Under the pieces are notes generated by a model that was not told the origin of the DNA, ran no database searches, and worked only from the letters and a program-made list of their open reading frames with translations. DNA of 64,000 nucleotides, taken from assembly GCA_013265495.1 (NCBI GenBank), contig MU059903.1:62001-126000 (forward strand), in the 5' to 3' direction. Each line of letters opens with the position of its first letter. Positions within the stretch are counted from its first letter, which is position 1. The stretch is from Vicugna vicugna (taxonomy: Eukaryota). A program made the translations under genes and the position numbers. Below are positions 10,431 to 21,790 of this stretch, in pieces.

Positions 10431-11428
10431 AGTTTGGCTGGAGACTTGCTCCTGCAGGATGCTGTGTTTCTGGTCAATCAGCTCAACCGTGGGGCCCATG
10501 GGGTGGTTTATGGGGTGCACCCACAGACTTGGTGCCATTGGACGGAGGTGAACGTTGGTCTGTGCTGGGTCCTGGAGCCCCCTGAACTGCTCCTCTCCCA
10601 GAGCTCTTAGACCCCCACCCACTCGACAGTGTGACGGCTCAGGGCCAGTTTGTACCTCTGAACAATCGTGTGCGTCCTTTGTGCTCAGCCCCCATATAGC
10701 AGTTACATCCACTGCCTCTGCACGAAATTAATATATTTTAATGCTTACACCCATAAATCATTCACTTCAGAATTCTCATCTCTTATGAATAAGTTCATCA
10801 TTTTCATTCACATTTTGTCACAAAAATTAGGAGTTTAGCTTTCCGAAAATTCCATTTTCCACTTGTCTTTCATGTGTGGCGAGACAGCAAACCAGCAGAT
10901 TGGCTTTTCTTTCATCACAGCAGAGGAGGACGCGCTAGAACCTAACACAATCAAAACAAATTGCTTAGGAAAATAATTCCTTTATTTAAAGGAATTACCA
11001 ATAAGCAGGCTGCTTTCATGGGAGACAAACACTGCCACGGAGCTGGCCAGGGTCGGAGAACGTGGGTCTGCATTACACTCTCTTCTACAGTTACTGTTCC
11101 AAATCATAGCAATACTTGCGTCTTGTGAATGACTTTGAAAGTGGGGTAAGATAAACACCATGGAGAACCGACTGCTCCTAACATCACTTTACACGGGTGG
11201 TGCCAAAAGGAAACCGTCTTCTCTTGTGTCCCACTCCTCATGGAGATCCCCCCGCATGGTGCACAGTTCTTGTCTGCAAAACCAGGCTGGCCAGGGAGTT
11301 ACTAAAACAACAGTGTCCACCGGAGAAGCGTGCCTGCATACAACGTCCTCGCCTGGCGTCTGCTCCTGCGAAATGAAGCCCATGCCGGTGGCGCGTTGGC
11401 AGATTCAGAACATCCGATGCAAATTGAG

Positions 11429-11471
11429 ATTTCATTTCATTTCTTTCTTTCTTTCTTTTTTTTTTTTTTTT
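11429..11471. repeat. (TTTC)n plus poly-T microsatellite
   Basis: ATTTCATTTCATTTCTTTCTTTCTTTC followed by a T run. Confidence 0.9.
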
Positions 11472-14400
11472 ACAAAAAAAACCCATTTTACAATAAATGA
11501 AAGCAAAAGCTTGAAACTAATTTATCTGTTTGCTGTCTTTGGGGCATTTTCACTGTATGAATGAAGGAAGGAGGTAAATCAAAGTTATCCCAGGATATTA
11601 CTCGTAAGAGGCTGAAGTATCTTCATGGGCAGATTAATTCTGCGGGGAAATAACATTAAATCTTTCCGAAGCCTTGAAATTTCTCAGAAGCATTCTTACC
11701 GCTTTCTTGCCACAGACACAGTCATCAGGCTGGATAACCTGGCGTCTTAAATAACTTGGCACTTAAGCCCTGTCAATTCCATTTTCCAAGGTTAATTGAT
11801 TATTTCAACAAGCATTCTTCCCAGAAAAGACCTGAGCGCTTACATCTTTTCATTAATTCATGCTGTTTGGTGAGAAGGTGAAAAATAAGCAGGCAGGCCT
11901 GGATTTAACTGTCAGTCCCCGGTCTCCGGCGGGGGGGTGCGGCGGGGCTGGGCTCAGCTTCATGCCCTCAGCCCGCAGCTCCGTCTGCAGAGCCGGAAGG
12001 GGTCAGAGCGGCACCCTCGGCGCCCAGGTCCGGGCCTCGGGTACGCCAGCTTGTTTCTAAGAAAAGCAGCTGGTTTCCTGGACACTGCCCTGCAGCTCCA
12101 GGGCCGCTCGCACTGAACGCGCCGTCATGGGCTCTGGGGAGGACCCGTTCTGTCCCTGGCCACACATCTGCCACCAGCCATCGTGTTCTGGTCACCGAGA
12201 TCCTTCTTTCCAGAGGCCCAGCCAGGCCTCTGAGGGTCACCCTCCCCCAACGGTGCCACAGCTCAGCGGCTGAATGGCAGAACCCAGCCAGAAACTGGAT
12301 TTCTTTTTCACAGGCATTAAAACTGTGCAGACGTAAATGCCCCTAACAAAGAGAGGCAGCACCCCGAGCCCCCCTGGCCTGAGGAAGAGCTGGCGCACCC
12401 GGAGCCCCGGTGCGGCGCTGCACATCTCGTTCGCACACGGCCACTTCTAAGCCGGATGCCAAGAGGCGCTGGCGATGAGGGGCTCCTCTCTAAAGTTCTG
12501 TTTCCCGAGCCCCTTGCCGCAACGGCCACTAACTTCTCTCCATCTTCTTTTTTTCCCACTCAAAGAACACCTGCAAATCCGCCCTTTTCAGCTCAGAGTC
12601 GGGGGCCTGCAGCCTCCCCTGCTGTCCCCCAGCCTCGCCTCCTTTTGGGGCGGTGCTCCCCACTCCCTGCGTGCTTGGTACAGCCAGAGTGCCGGCCAGA
12701 CGGGGGCAGGCGGGGGCTGGGGCAGTGGGGTGGGGTGCAGTCTGGAGGGGCCACCTTCCCTCCCGCACTCCACGCTTCCAAATGGAAGCCGCCACCGCCC
12801 GGGAATTGGAAGGAGAAGACACGACTTTATTTACAGAACCCTAGCGCTATCACAGCCAACAAGCACAAATCACCATCATTACCCCAAATCACACGAGACG
12901 ACGCTGCTGGCCGCTTCCGCAGCTCGCTGCTCACTGTTTGTTGCTTTTCTTTTCCTCCTGGAAAAGCGGGGCGAAAAGCAAAATCATCAGGACAGCCGGG
13001 GACCCAGCAGTGGGAATGTGCGTAAACACACGTGAAGGGCTCGCTACGTTGGAAGTCAGCGCAGGAAACACGGAGGCCTGAGCATCCTTGGCTCACCGGC
13101 TCTGAGACATGACAGGTATCGGCCTCCGTGGAATTATCTGAGCCCGGAAGGAATCCCGGTGTCCAGGACTGTCAGGGGACTATGATCAGACACATTTAAT
13201 TAGGATCTACCCTGCTGCTCCTAACAAGCATTTAATTAACTTCTAGGCAGGGTAATTAGCTCTCGACGGCGCCAATTTCCTTCCTCACCTTCTGTTGACA
13301 CTTGGCCCGCACAGAGCCGCCCAGCGAGCTGACAGTGTAATGGATGCGTCGTTGGGGGCCGGGCCCAACATCGAGGCTGAGTCTCGCCCTCTCCCCGTTC
13401 CTCCTCAGCCCCCCTCCTCCAGAGTTCCCAGAGTTCCCTCCTGGTCCTCCTGTTCTCTCTGACCCACACACTCTCCCGCCTCCGGCTCCCCTCCCCCTCC
13501 ACGTGGTGGCAGAAAGACGGCTCTCTCTGGAACAGTGGTCCTGGTCCCTGACACTCTTGGACAGTCCACAGGCTTTGGTCGGGATGCTCCCCTTTCTAGG
13601 AAGGGCTCTTCCCACCTGGGAAGCCGCTCAGCCCGGTAAGATGCTGTTCCTCTGGAACTTCCTCTGTAAGACTGAGTGCAGTCCCTTCATCAGCCCCACG
13701 GTGACCCCGAGGTGCCCCCACTCCTGGCCTCCCTCACTGCTTTTCTCGCTCCTGGCCTGCCCGGTCCCCCAGCAGGGACTGGCCCAGGTGACACTCGGGC
13801 TGTTCACCTCACAGGCTCTCAGCGCCTGCCTGTGACAGTGCTGCGTCCCCGGGACTTAACTCCCACTGTAGAGCTAACTGCAGACCCACGTGGGCAGGTG
13901 ACAGCTTACACGGAAATTTACACACACGTGTTCCTTTCAGATTTTTAAAAATCCCCTTTTAAATTCACAAGGAGGAGCTTACTGCTTAAGGAAGAGTGGT
14001 GAGAAACATTTGTATATTGAAGAATGTAACAACCCCTCTCCCCACGTAACTTTTGTGCAAATTTGGATTTCTGAATTCCAGGCTGATTGGAAGCGGATGT
14101 ATTTGCATACCACTTGAGAAGGGCTGGCCAATGGGACACGGTGCAATATTTTCCAATAAAATGCAATTATGATGACTACCACACAGCAAGAACAGGCGAA
14201 ATCCAGGCGTGGGGGCCGTTGCTCCTCTTGCAGAGTCTGAAGGAACCTTTAGTAACGGTGGTTCGGGACGAGAATACGGGTGTGACAGGACCTTGCACTC
14301 AACCCCAGCACATTAGCCGTGCTGTTTGGAAGACCACAAGCAACATTATAATTGCTTGTAATTGATTTCAAATGTGTGTTTAACAGACTTAGGTTGTTTC

Positions 14401-15180
14401 CAACCACTACGGTGGAGGCGTGGGATCCTCGTGAGTGTCCAGAGTGAAGAAGCAGTGCTCCCCGGTGGAAGTCTGACCCCAGCTCTGCTACCTGACCCCG
14501 TCCACACCTCTCCTTGGCAGGAATGCTGGAGGATGGGTTGGAGTGGGAACTTGGGGCCATGGAAGCAGCTGTAAGGTGATTTCCAGAAGAGCATTCTCAA
14601 CAAAGTGCACTCTCACCACAGCTGTGGACGGCCAGGCGGCCAAGGGCCAGGCCGGACCCCCGGCCCCTCGCTGGCCTCTTCCGCCTTATTTGGGTGGGAT
14701 GGAGAGGGTGACCAAAGACACATTCAGACCTGCCAGGGTCTGGAGGGTTTGAGAACTGAGCAAAGGAAACCAAAAAGATGGGAACAGTTTCATTCCTCTT
14801 ACTCACACACACGCTCAAACACAAAAGCACAACCAGCAACAGAGGAAACATTGTCAATGCCAGTCACCCCCACAGAGCTCCGTGTGGTGCGGCATTCGGA
14901 CGGCAGACTCCCTGACAAATGGGCGAGAGCTCTGTGGCCTGGGGTGAGCAGGTCGGGTCATTTTCAGCCTGGGTTCTTGGAAGATGCTCCAAGGATAGGG
15001 GTTGGGTGGGCGGGCATCTGCGTCCCTGCCCTTCGCTGTTACCTGCTTTACGTGGTGGGATTCAAAGTGCAGGAAATCCCTGCGCTGCCCCCTTCTCTTA
15101 CTTTCAAAGGTAAGAGGACCGAGCCGGAGACTCGTGCGGCTGGCTGGCAGCGACCTCTCCCCCAGACGTGGGCAGCGGGG

Positions 15181-15639
15181 GTGCTAGCTTGCTGGGGCTG
15201 CCGCAGCAAAGTGCCACGAACGGGGAGGTTAAAACAAAGGGGACCTGTGGCCTTCCAGGCTCGAGGCAGAGCCCGAGGTCGAGGTGCCTGCGGGCTGGTC
15301 CCTGCTGAGGCCGGGAGAGGGGTCTGCGTCATGCTCGCCGCCAGCGCCTGGTGCCTCCTGGAGACCCCTGGTCCGCAGACGCATCACCTGTCTCCGCCCC
15401 CATCGTCACCCGGCGTCTCCCCGTGTGCACCTGTGTCCAAACTTCCCCTTTGTGTAAGGACACCGCGCGTAAGGGATTAGGGTTAGAATTTGTAAGGACG
15501 CCTCATCATGATGGATGACTGGATGCCCTTCCTTAACCAACCGTGGGCTGTGACGCTATTTCAGACAGGGACACCTTCACAAGTCCTGGGGTCAGGACTT
15601 CAGCATCTTCACGGGGACACAGTTCAGCCGCCCATGACA
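15181..15639 (-). mobile_element. MLT1C-like ERVL-MaLR solo LTR
   Basis: GGGGCTGCCGCAGCAAAGTGCCACGAACGGGGAGGTTAAAAC, TGTGTCCAAACTTCCCCTTTGTGTAAGGACACC and GGGGACACAGTTCAGCCGCCCATGACA match MLT1 antisense. Confidence 0.85.
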
Positions 15640-17109
15640 GCTGACACAGGTCTCCTGCCTCCCAGAGGGTTTGTTTCCGGTTCCCAGAGGACTGCTTCCA
15701 GGAGGCCACAGTTTTTAGATTATTTTGAAAAAAGAACTTACAATGACAGCAATTTCATTTTTGCTACTATGAGGTTTCTCCAGATTTTCTCATCTGGAAA
15801 TGCTGAGATGCCCGGGGCCCTGCGGCCTCCTGGACGGATGGGGAGGGGTAGGTGGGGCGGCGGCATGGCGGCGTTCACGCCCCGAGCAGCTTCACCAGGG
15901 GTGGGCACGAAGCCAGCGTGGGCAGGCCCCGCGGGGGCCCCTTGGTGAGGTGTGGGGGAAGGATCGGGACAAGGGCAGAAATCAGCACCAGCACTGGGCC
16001 AGGCGGTCCCTGGAAGGTGCGGACTGCGGGAGGGGAAGAGCTGAACGCCAGCCCGGCCGGCCACGGGGAGGCGGTTGCGGGCAGACAGCCCTGCGTTCGC
16101 TGTAATTAGATCATTTCCATCCCCCTTGTTTTGTCTCCCCGCACAGAGAAGCTGAGACACACAGACTGTTCTGAAAACTGCCCGCCCTTCCTGACACTAA
16201 ACCCAGAGAGGACGGGACGGAAGGCTGGCGGCGTGTCCGGTCCTTGTTGGATCCGGGCGTGAACGGAGTCGTCCTGGGATCCGGCTCATTCGTGTGGCCG
16301 CCTTCTCTCCGCCCTGCCTTTTGAAGTCCCAGCAGTTTGATCCCATTTCCCCTCACATCTGACCATTAAAAAAAGGTGAGACCTTGTCGGAAGTGAGCCT
16401 GGATGGCGAGGTTCGTGGCCCCCGGGGGGAGGACAGTGACACTGTCCAGGAGGGAACATTCGAAAGAAAAGGAGAGGACGGAAAACTCTTGTCTTAAACG
16501 GGAAAAAAGGTCATTTTGTGGGGGCCGTAGCTCTAGGCTTCCTAGCGGTGACTGGCCCGTCCTCCTCGCCGGAGGGCCTGGCGGGGCTGGCCATCTTCCT
16601 TAGCCACGGTTCTCCGAGCAGTACAGAGCTCTAATTATTTCTAGCAAAGACGACGCAGATCCACACGATGGGGTGGGCACTGTCCATGGGCAGCGTGTTC
16701 CATCCACGCCACGGTGCGCGGGCAGAGCCGGAGAACGTGAGGGAACTCCGAGCGTGTCCTCTGATGCGCCTCCATCGCACTGGGCAGCGGAACCGCCCTT
16801 GGGAGGTAGCAGGCCGCCCTGGAGACCAGCGGGCAGAGCAAGCGGGACGAGGTTCCCCATGAGTCCCGGAGACTGGGGGCTGCTGAGGGCGAGCCCGGCT
16901 GCTGTTTGGGGCTGAGCCTGGCGCGTGCCTGCTGCCTTTCAATAGACTCCATGTGCACTGGTGGGTTGATCTGTAACAAAAACGACAGTGTTCGGGCACC
17001 ATGGGACTTCTACTGAAGTAAGCTGCTGTCTGTCATTTTTTGACGGCTTAGTGAAAACACGGCTGCCCCCAGGGAGGGGCTCGTGGCCCAGAGCCGACCG
17101 GGAGGAGAC

Positions 17110-17290
17110 GTTTTACTTTTGTCTTTGCAGTGTCGTGGACTTACAATGCTGTGTTAGTTTCAGGTGTACAGAGACACACCGCCTCCTCTAATCCTAAAGC
17201 AGCCCCGAGAGGGACGAGTCATTACCTCCACTTTACAGATGGGAAGACTGAGGCCCAGCGGTTGAGCCGACGGTCCAGAGTCTCCGTGCT
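17110..17290 (-). mobile_element. Short L1 3' tip (about 17110-17170) followed by a MIR remnant (about 17185-17290)
   Basis: CTTACAATGCTGTGTTAGTTTCAGGTGTACAG (L1 tip); CCACTTTACAGATGGGAAGACTGAGGCCCAG (MIR antisense). Confidence 0.8.
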
Positions 17291-18039
17291 CCAGACAAGG
17301 AACAATGGCACACTCAACGGGGGGGAGCCAAGTGTGACAAAGATAAAGAAGGGACACCGAGGGTGGCCTTATTGAGGACGACGTCCTGGCCGGGCGGCGG
17401 CGGCAGGAGCTGGACCTGGTGTGTGCACGCGTGTGTGTGTTCTCTGGTACCACCGGTCACAGTAAAACCTCAAGCAGGGCCGGCCTGAAACTCGGTCGGG
17501 GAGGGTTTGCTTACAGAACCCGCTCAGTCCCCGCGGCACAGGGGTTTGGCAGGCCCTGGCGCGGAGGGCGGGGCGCGGGGCGCCAGAGGGCAAACTGGCT
17601 GCGGGGCAGTTCCACCGCAACACACAGGCGGCCCTGGCGTGCCCAGGCCGCGGGGCACGGAGGCGACCCGGGCACCACACGTGCTCAGCGGCCCTTAAAA
17701 TTCTTGTCAAAGGATTAAAAACTCTCCGTCAGTTACACACACGTAGGAAGTGAAACACAGCAGTAGTCTTCTAACGCTGAATAGTATGTACGTGGTACGC
17801 TGTGATCTACAACAACAGAAACATCGAGAATTCAAAGCGGTTTTGCTTCTTTGTGGAACCCGCACCAGCAGGTTGAAGGGCGCTCGCCTCTTGCTCACTG
17901 TCTGACTCTGGACACAAAGTGAGCGTGTTTTCTACGCCGTGGAGGATCTTTATGCTTTTTCTAAGTCTGTTTCCAACACTGTATCCTTTGCGTGCTCAAT
18001 GCCACGAGGTGGCTCTGAGGGCTCCCTGACCGTGAAGGT

Positions 18040-18480
18040 TTTCCCTTTTTTCACGGAAGTACAGTGACTTACAGTGTTGTGTTGGTTTCTGGTGCACAGC
18101 AAAGTGACTCAGTTACACGTATGTATGTACTGAGTTACTTATACGTAGACATGTTCTTTCCCAGTATAGGTCACTGCAAGCCACTGGATGTAGTTCCCTG
18201 TGCTGTACAGCAGGGCCTTCTTGTTTATCTATTTTGCATGTAGCAGTTGGTGTCTGCAAATCCCGACCTCCCAGTTTATACCTCCCTCCCCCTCTCCCCC
18301 TCTCCCCCTCCCCTGGTATCCATAAGCTTGTCTTCTGTGTCTGTGAGACTCTGTTTCATAATAAAGACACGTGTCTCATTTGTCGATTCCGCATCTAAGT
18401 GATGTCATGTGGCGTCTCTCTCTGTCTGACCCACTTCACCCGGCACGACCATCTCCAGGCCCCGCCACGTTGCTGTAACA
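18040..18480 (-). mobile_element. Cetartiodactyl-type L1 3' end
   Basis: TTACAGTGTTGTGTTGGTTTCTGGTGCACAGC, GTTCCCTGTGCTGTACAGCAGG, TGTCTGCAAATCCC, and a C-rich tract (G-rich 3'UTR tract on the minus strand). Confidence 0.9.
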
Positions 18481-18961
18481 TGAAGTGTTTCGCTGGCATT
18501 GCTTCCTCTGCGACAACTTCATCCCGTCCATCACCTTCCCCACTTGTGCAGGTGAGCTGTGTCCCCGCACTGTTCCTGCGGCCGCGCGTCTCACGTCTCC
18601 CAGGCAGCAGCAGCGTCCGTGCTTGCGCAGCCAGCTCTGTCCTGAAGCCCTGCTCACTCTCGGCTCCGCTTCCACTTCCACCACTACAACTTTGGATTTC
18701 TTTGCTGCACTCCCATCTCGGTGGGCCGATCCCCCCTCCAAAGTTTACATTTTGGAAAATGTCACATGGTTTTATCCCTGGGAGACAAGGAAGTGGCACC
18801 GCTGCCCCCCTCCCGTCCATGCGTGACGGGGGTGGGGGTGCAGAGAAGCCAGACCGGAAGGAAACCCTGGGTTCGCCACGGATCACGATGCCAGCCTGTC
18901 ATTGCGAAGGAAGAGCTAGCAGGGGAGTTTGTATTTCATGCCATTTTTCACAGTTAATTCA

Positions 18962-19200
18962 CCATGGATGTCCTATAAGGAGAGATTAGGGCACAGATAC
19001 ACACAGAAGGAGGACCACATGCGGACAGAGGGAGAAGACGGCCATCTACAAGCTAAAGAGAAAGACTTTAGAATGGAATCCATCCTGCCAACACCCTGAC
19101 CTCGGGCTTCTAGCCCCCAGGTCTGTGAAGAACTGTATTTTTGTTGTTTAATTCACCTAGTCCACAGAACTTCTTACAGCAGCCCTAGCAAACGCGTCCA
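18962..19200 (+). mobile_element. MLT1B-like LTR, 3' part
   Basis: GGGAGAAGACGGCCATCTACAAGC...CCTGCCAACACCCTGACCTCGGGCTTCTAGCC...CAGCAGCCCTAGCAAAC. Confidence 0.9.
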
Positions 19201-19399
19201 GACACCAGAAGAAAAGGCAATGATGGGAAACTACAGGGCGGAAGCAGGGGCGTCTTCCAGCCTGGAAAAGGCGAAGTTACGGGAGGAGAGCTGGGAAAGT
19301 GCCGAGGGGCCGTCTACCAGTTCTCCTAAGTAACAGCATTAGAGACGCCTGCCGCAGGGCTAGGGGCGGGCAAATGTGAAGGGCCAGGTGAGTGCCTTA

Positions 19400-19550
19400 T
19401 GCCACAAAATACAGACACCACTGTACATACAGAAATCAACTAAAAACCACTACAGTAGTAAGAGTTCAGCACAAGCGTAACACAGAAACATCCATAGTTC
19501 GTACACCTGAAAAACACACCATGGAAACTGAAATTTAAACCATGCCGTGA
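19400..19550 (+). mobile_element. Ancient L1 ORF2 (RT region) remnant
   Basis: A-rich ACATACAGAAATCAACTAAAAACCACTACAGTAGTAAGAGTTCAGCA resembles L1 ORF2 just after the ADDM motif. Confidence 0.5.
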
Positions 19551-21569
19551 GGGGCGTCCTCTAAAAGCTAAGGAACCTGACTTCGCAACTATGAGAACCG
19601 TGCAGAGCACTTCCTGTGCAGGCCAACACATTACTGACAGCGTGTGTGAGTGCGTGTGCAGAGAGGAAAAGGGGAACAGAAATTACTGCTTTCCTGGGAG
19701 GCTGCTGTGAATCTCCCTGCTTTGCCACACGCGTGTCTGTGTCTTCCCAGACGGGCCGGCTCCCCGTGGCCCGTGGTGCGGAGGCCCCACGCGGACAGAA
19801 AACCCTCATGAGCAGAAACGCTCGGAAAACGGGACATTTCGGGTAGATTTTAGATGTTTCGCCTGATTAACATAGTTAGATGTGAATTTCACTTTTGAGA
19901 AATACTATTAGAATTCTTTGTAAAAGGTGTGGGAATTTATTTCTGCTTTTGTGAGTACAGAAAACGATACACAATTTGATCTTTGCTGATTCTGGGTTTT
20001 GCGATTCTGTGAGTCACTGTCCTGAACGTTCATTCTCATCATGAAGTGCCGTACACCAGCTTACCCGTAGGAGGGAGAAGGTGCTGACTTGGAGCCACTG
20101 CTTTATTTCCTTTTATACTTCAGAAGAGGAAATGCCTGGTGTCTGCAATGGATGTGGAGGCCAGGCTTTTCCTCACAGTCTCGCTCCTCCAAGTGCGGCC
20201 TGGAAGCGCGTGGGAAATGCAGAGTCCCAGACCCCACCTGCTGGAGCAGGTGCTGTGGGTTTCGTGCTTGTGTGCTCGGCTGGCAGAGCTCTCCTGTGAA
20301 ACACGCTAGGAAAAAGAAATTGTGGAGGGAGGGACCCACGACACAACCTCAAAGTGTCACAAAGCATCAATAATTAGACGGGCTGGAGGGGACCCTGATC
20401 GGTACTGAGTGTGGCCTGACTTTCACTGCACTGCTCTCTCCACAAACGTGCTGAGTAAGTCCCCACTGTCATCTCATTTGGTTTTTATCGATCCTTTACT
20501 GTCAAAAGTCAATCCCCCTGACAAAAAGTCAATCCTTCCCCCCATTTAAAATCAGTTTGTTCAGGCAGGTAATTCTGGTTCATGCAAGTTTTACTGTGCA
20601 TTTAACCTAAGACACTTGTAAAATATGCACTGAAATGACTGGGAGTGTTAAAATAAGGCAAAGACAATCCACTTGAAAAATGAATACCAGTAAGGTCTGG
20701 CATCCGTAAATTGTAAAAGGACTTTCCTCCGACTTCCTCACTTAGCAAACACGCTATAGCACTTCCTACAGCAAGGTCCTCCCTGCGGGCAGGTGCCCCA
20801 CAGGCTTGCAGGGCTCCTGGGCCTGCTCCCAGAGGTGCCTGCCCGGCCCTGCGCAGGGGCCTGGGCCTGGGAGCCGCCAGCCTAGCAGATGCCCATGACA
20901 GAGAGAGGCCCTCCCTGGCCCCCTCAAGGCGGGTCAGGAGCTAATGACGGCGATTCTCAGGTACGGGAGATCAGCAGACCTATCGGGCACGCCCTGCTCA
21001 CCCACCAGCCTGCTGACTCGGCATGCCCAGTTAAATCCTCTGAGCACACAGCTCGGGGAAATGCACAGGCAATTGGTGGAATTAAGGAACGCTGAGAATT
21101 TAGTTCTCACCGTCTTTCTGCCCCCTCTCCTCCCCTTAAAGCAAGAAAAGATGAGCCCAGCCTGCCTCACGCGTCTGTAGGAGAGTCAGGGCCGAGCAGG
21201 TGCCCGTTCCCACGAAGCGCAGAGATCCTGACGCGCAGCCCTGCGGACAGGACCATGGCCAGCGGCACTGTGCTCAGGGTGGGAGCCAGGGGAACCTCAG
21301 TGGGTATGATGAGGTCCTGGCCACGTTTCCAGTATCGCAGAAATGAAAATGCCACTTTCAATGACAGGTTCCAAGGTGGGATAGGCACACAGATACACGC
21401 CAGCACAACCTGGCAATCGCTTTATTTTCACCATTCACACTGGTCCTCATTGTCACTCCTGCGAGTCTGCGCTACCGCAGCCCTCTCAAAGTGTTGTGTG
21501 CTACATTTGGAGAAGGTTCACTGCCGCGCTGCTTGTAAAGCTTGGAAATGGCTTATTACAAAAACAAAC

Positions 21570-21790
21570 AAGCAAACTTGGAAGTAACGGACACAGCCCG
21601 CAGTAACAGATTGGGTGAAAAATCAACAACAAAACCATTTACACAAGGAAGGATGGTGCATCTACTAAAAAGAAAAGAATAAAGTGGATCTACTTGTGTT
21701 GACGCAGAAAGGCAGCTGCAATTTGTCGTTAAGCAAAAAATCAAGTTGGGAAACTGGATAAAGAATGCGATTCCATTTTTGTTTTAAACA
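21570..21790 (+). mobile_element. Ancient L1ME-type 3' fragment
   Basis: AAAAGAATAAAGTGGATCTACTTGTGTTGACGCAGAAAG...GTTAAGCAAAAAATCAAGTTG...GATTCCATTTTTG. Confidence 0.6.

Noticed and set aside
14605-15480. 291-aa plus-strand ORF
   Set aside because: Its last third runs through an antisense MLT1C LTR; Pro/Gly/Arg-rich composition typical of GC-rich shadow ORFs
20500-20535. Tandem duplication of AAAAGTCAATCC
   Set aside because: Only two short copies; consistent with ordinary slippage, with no supporting context
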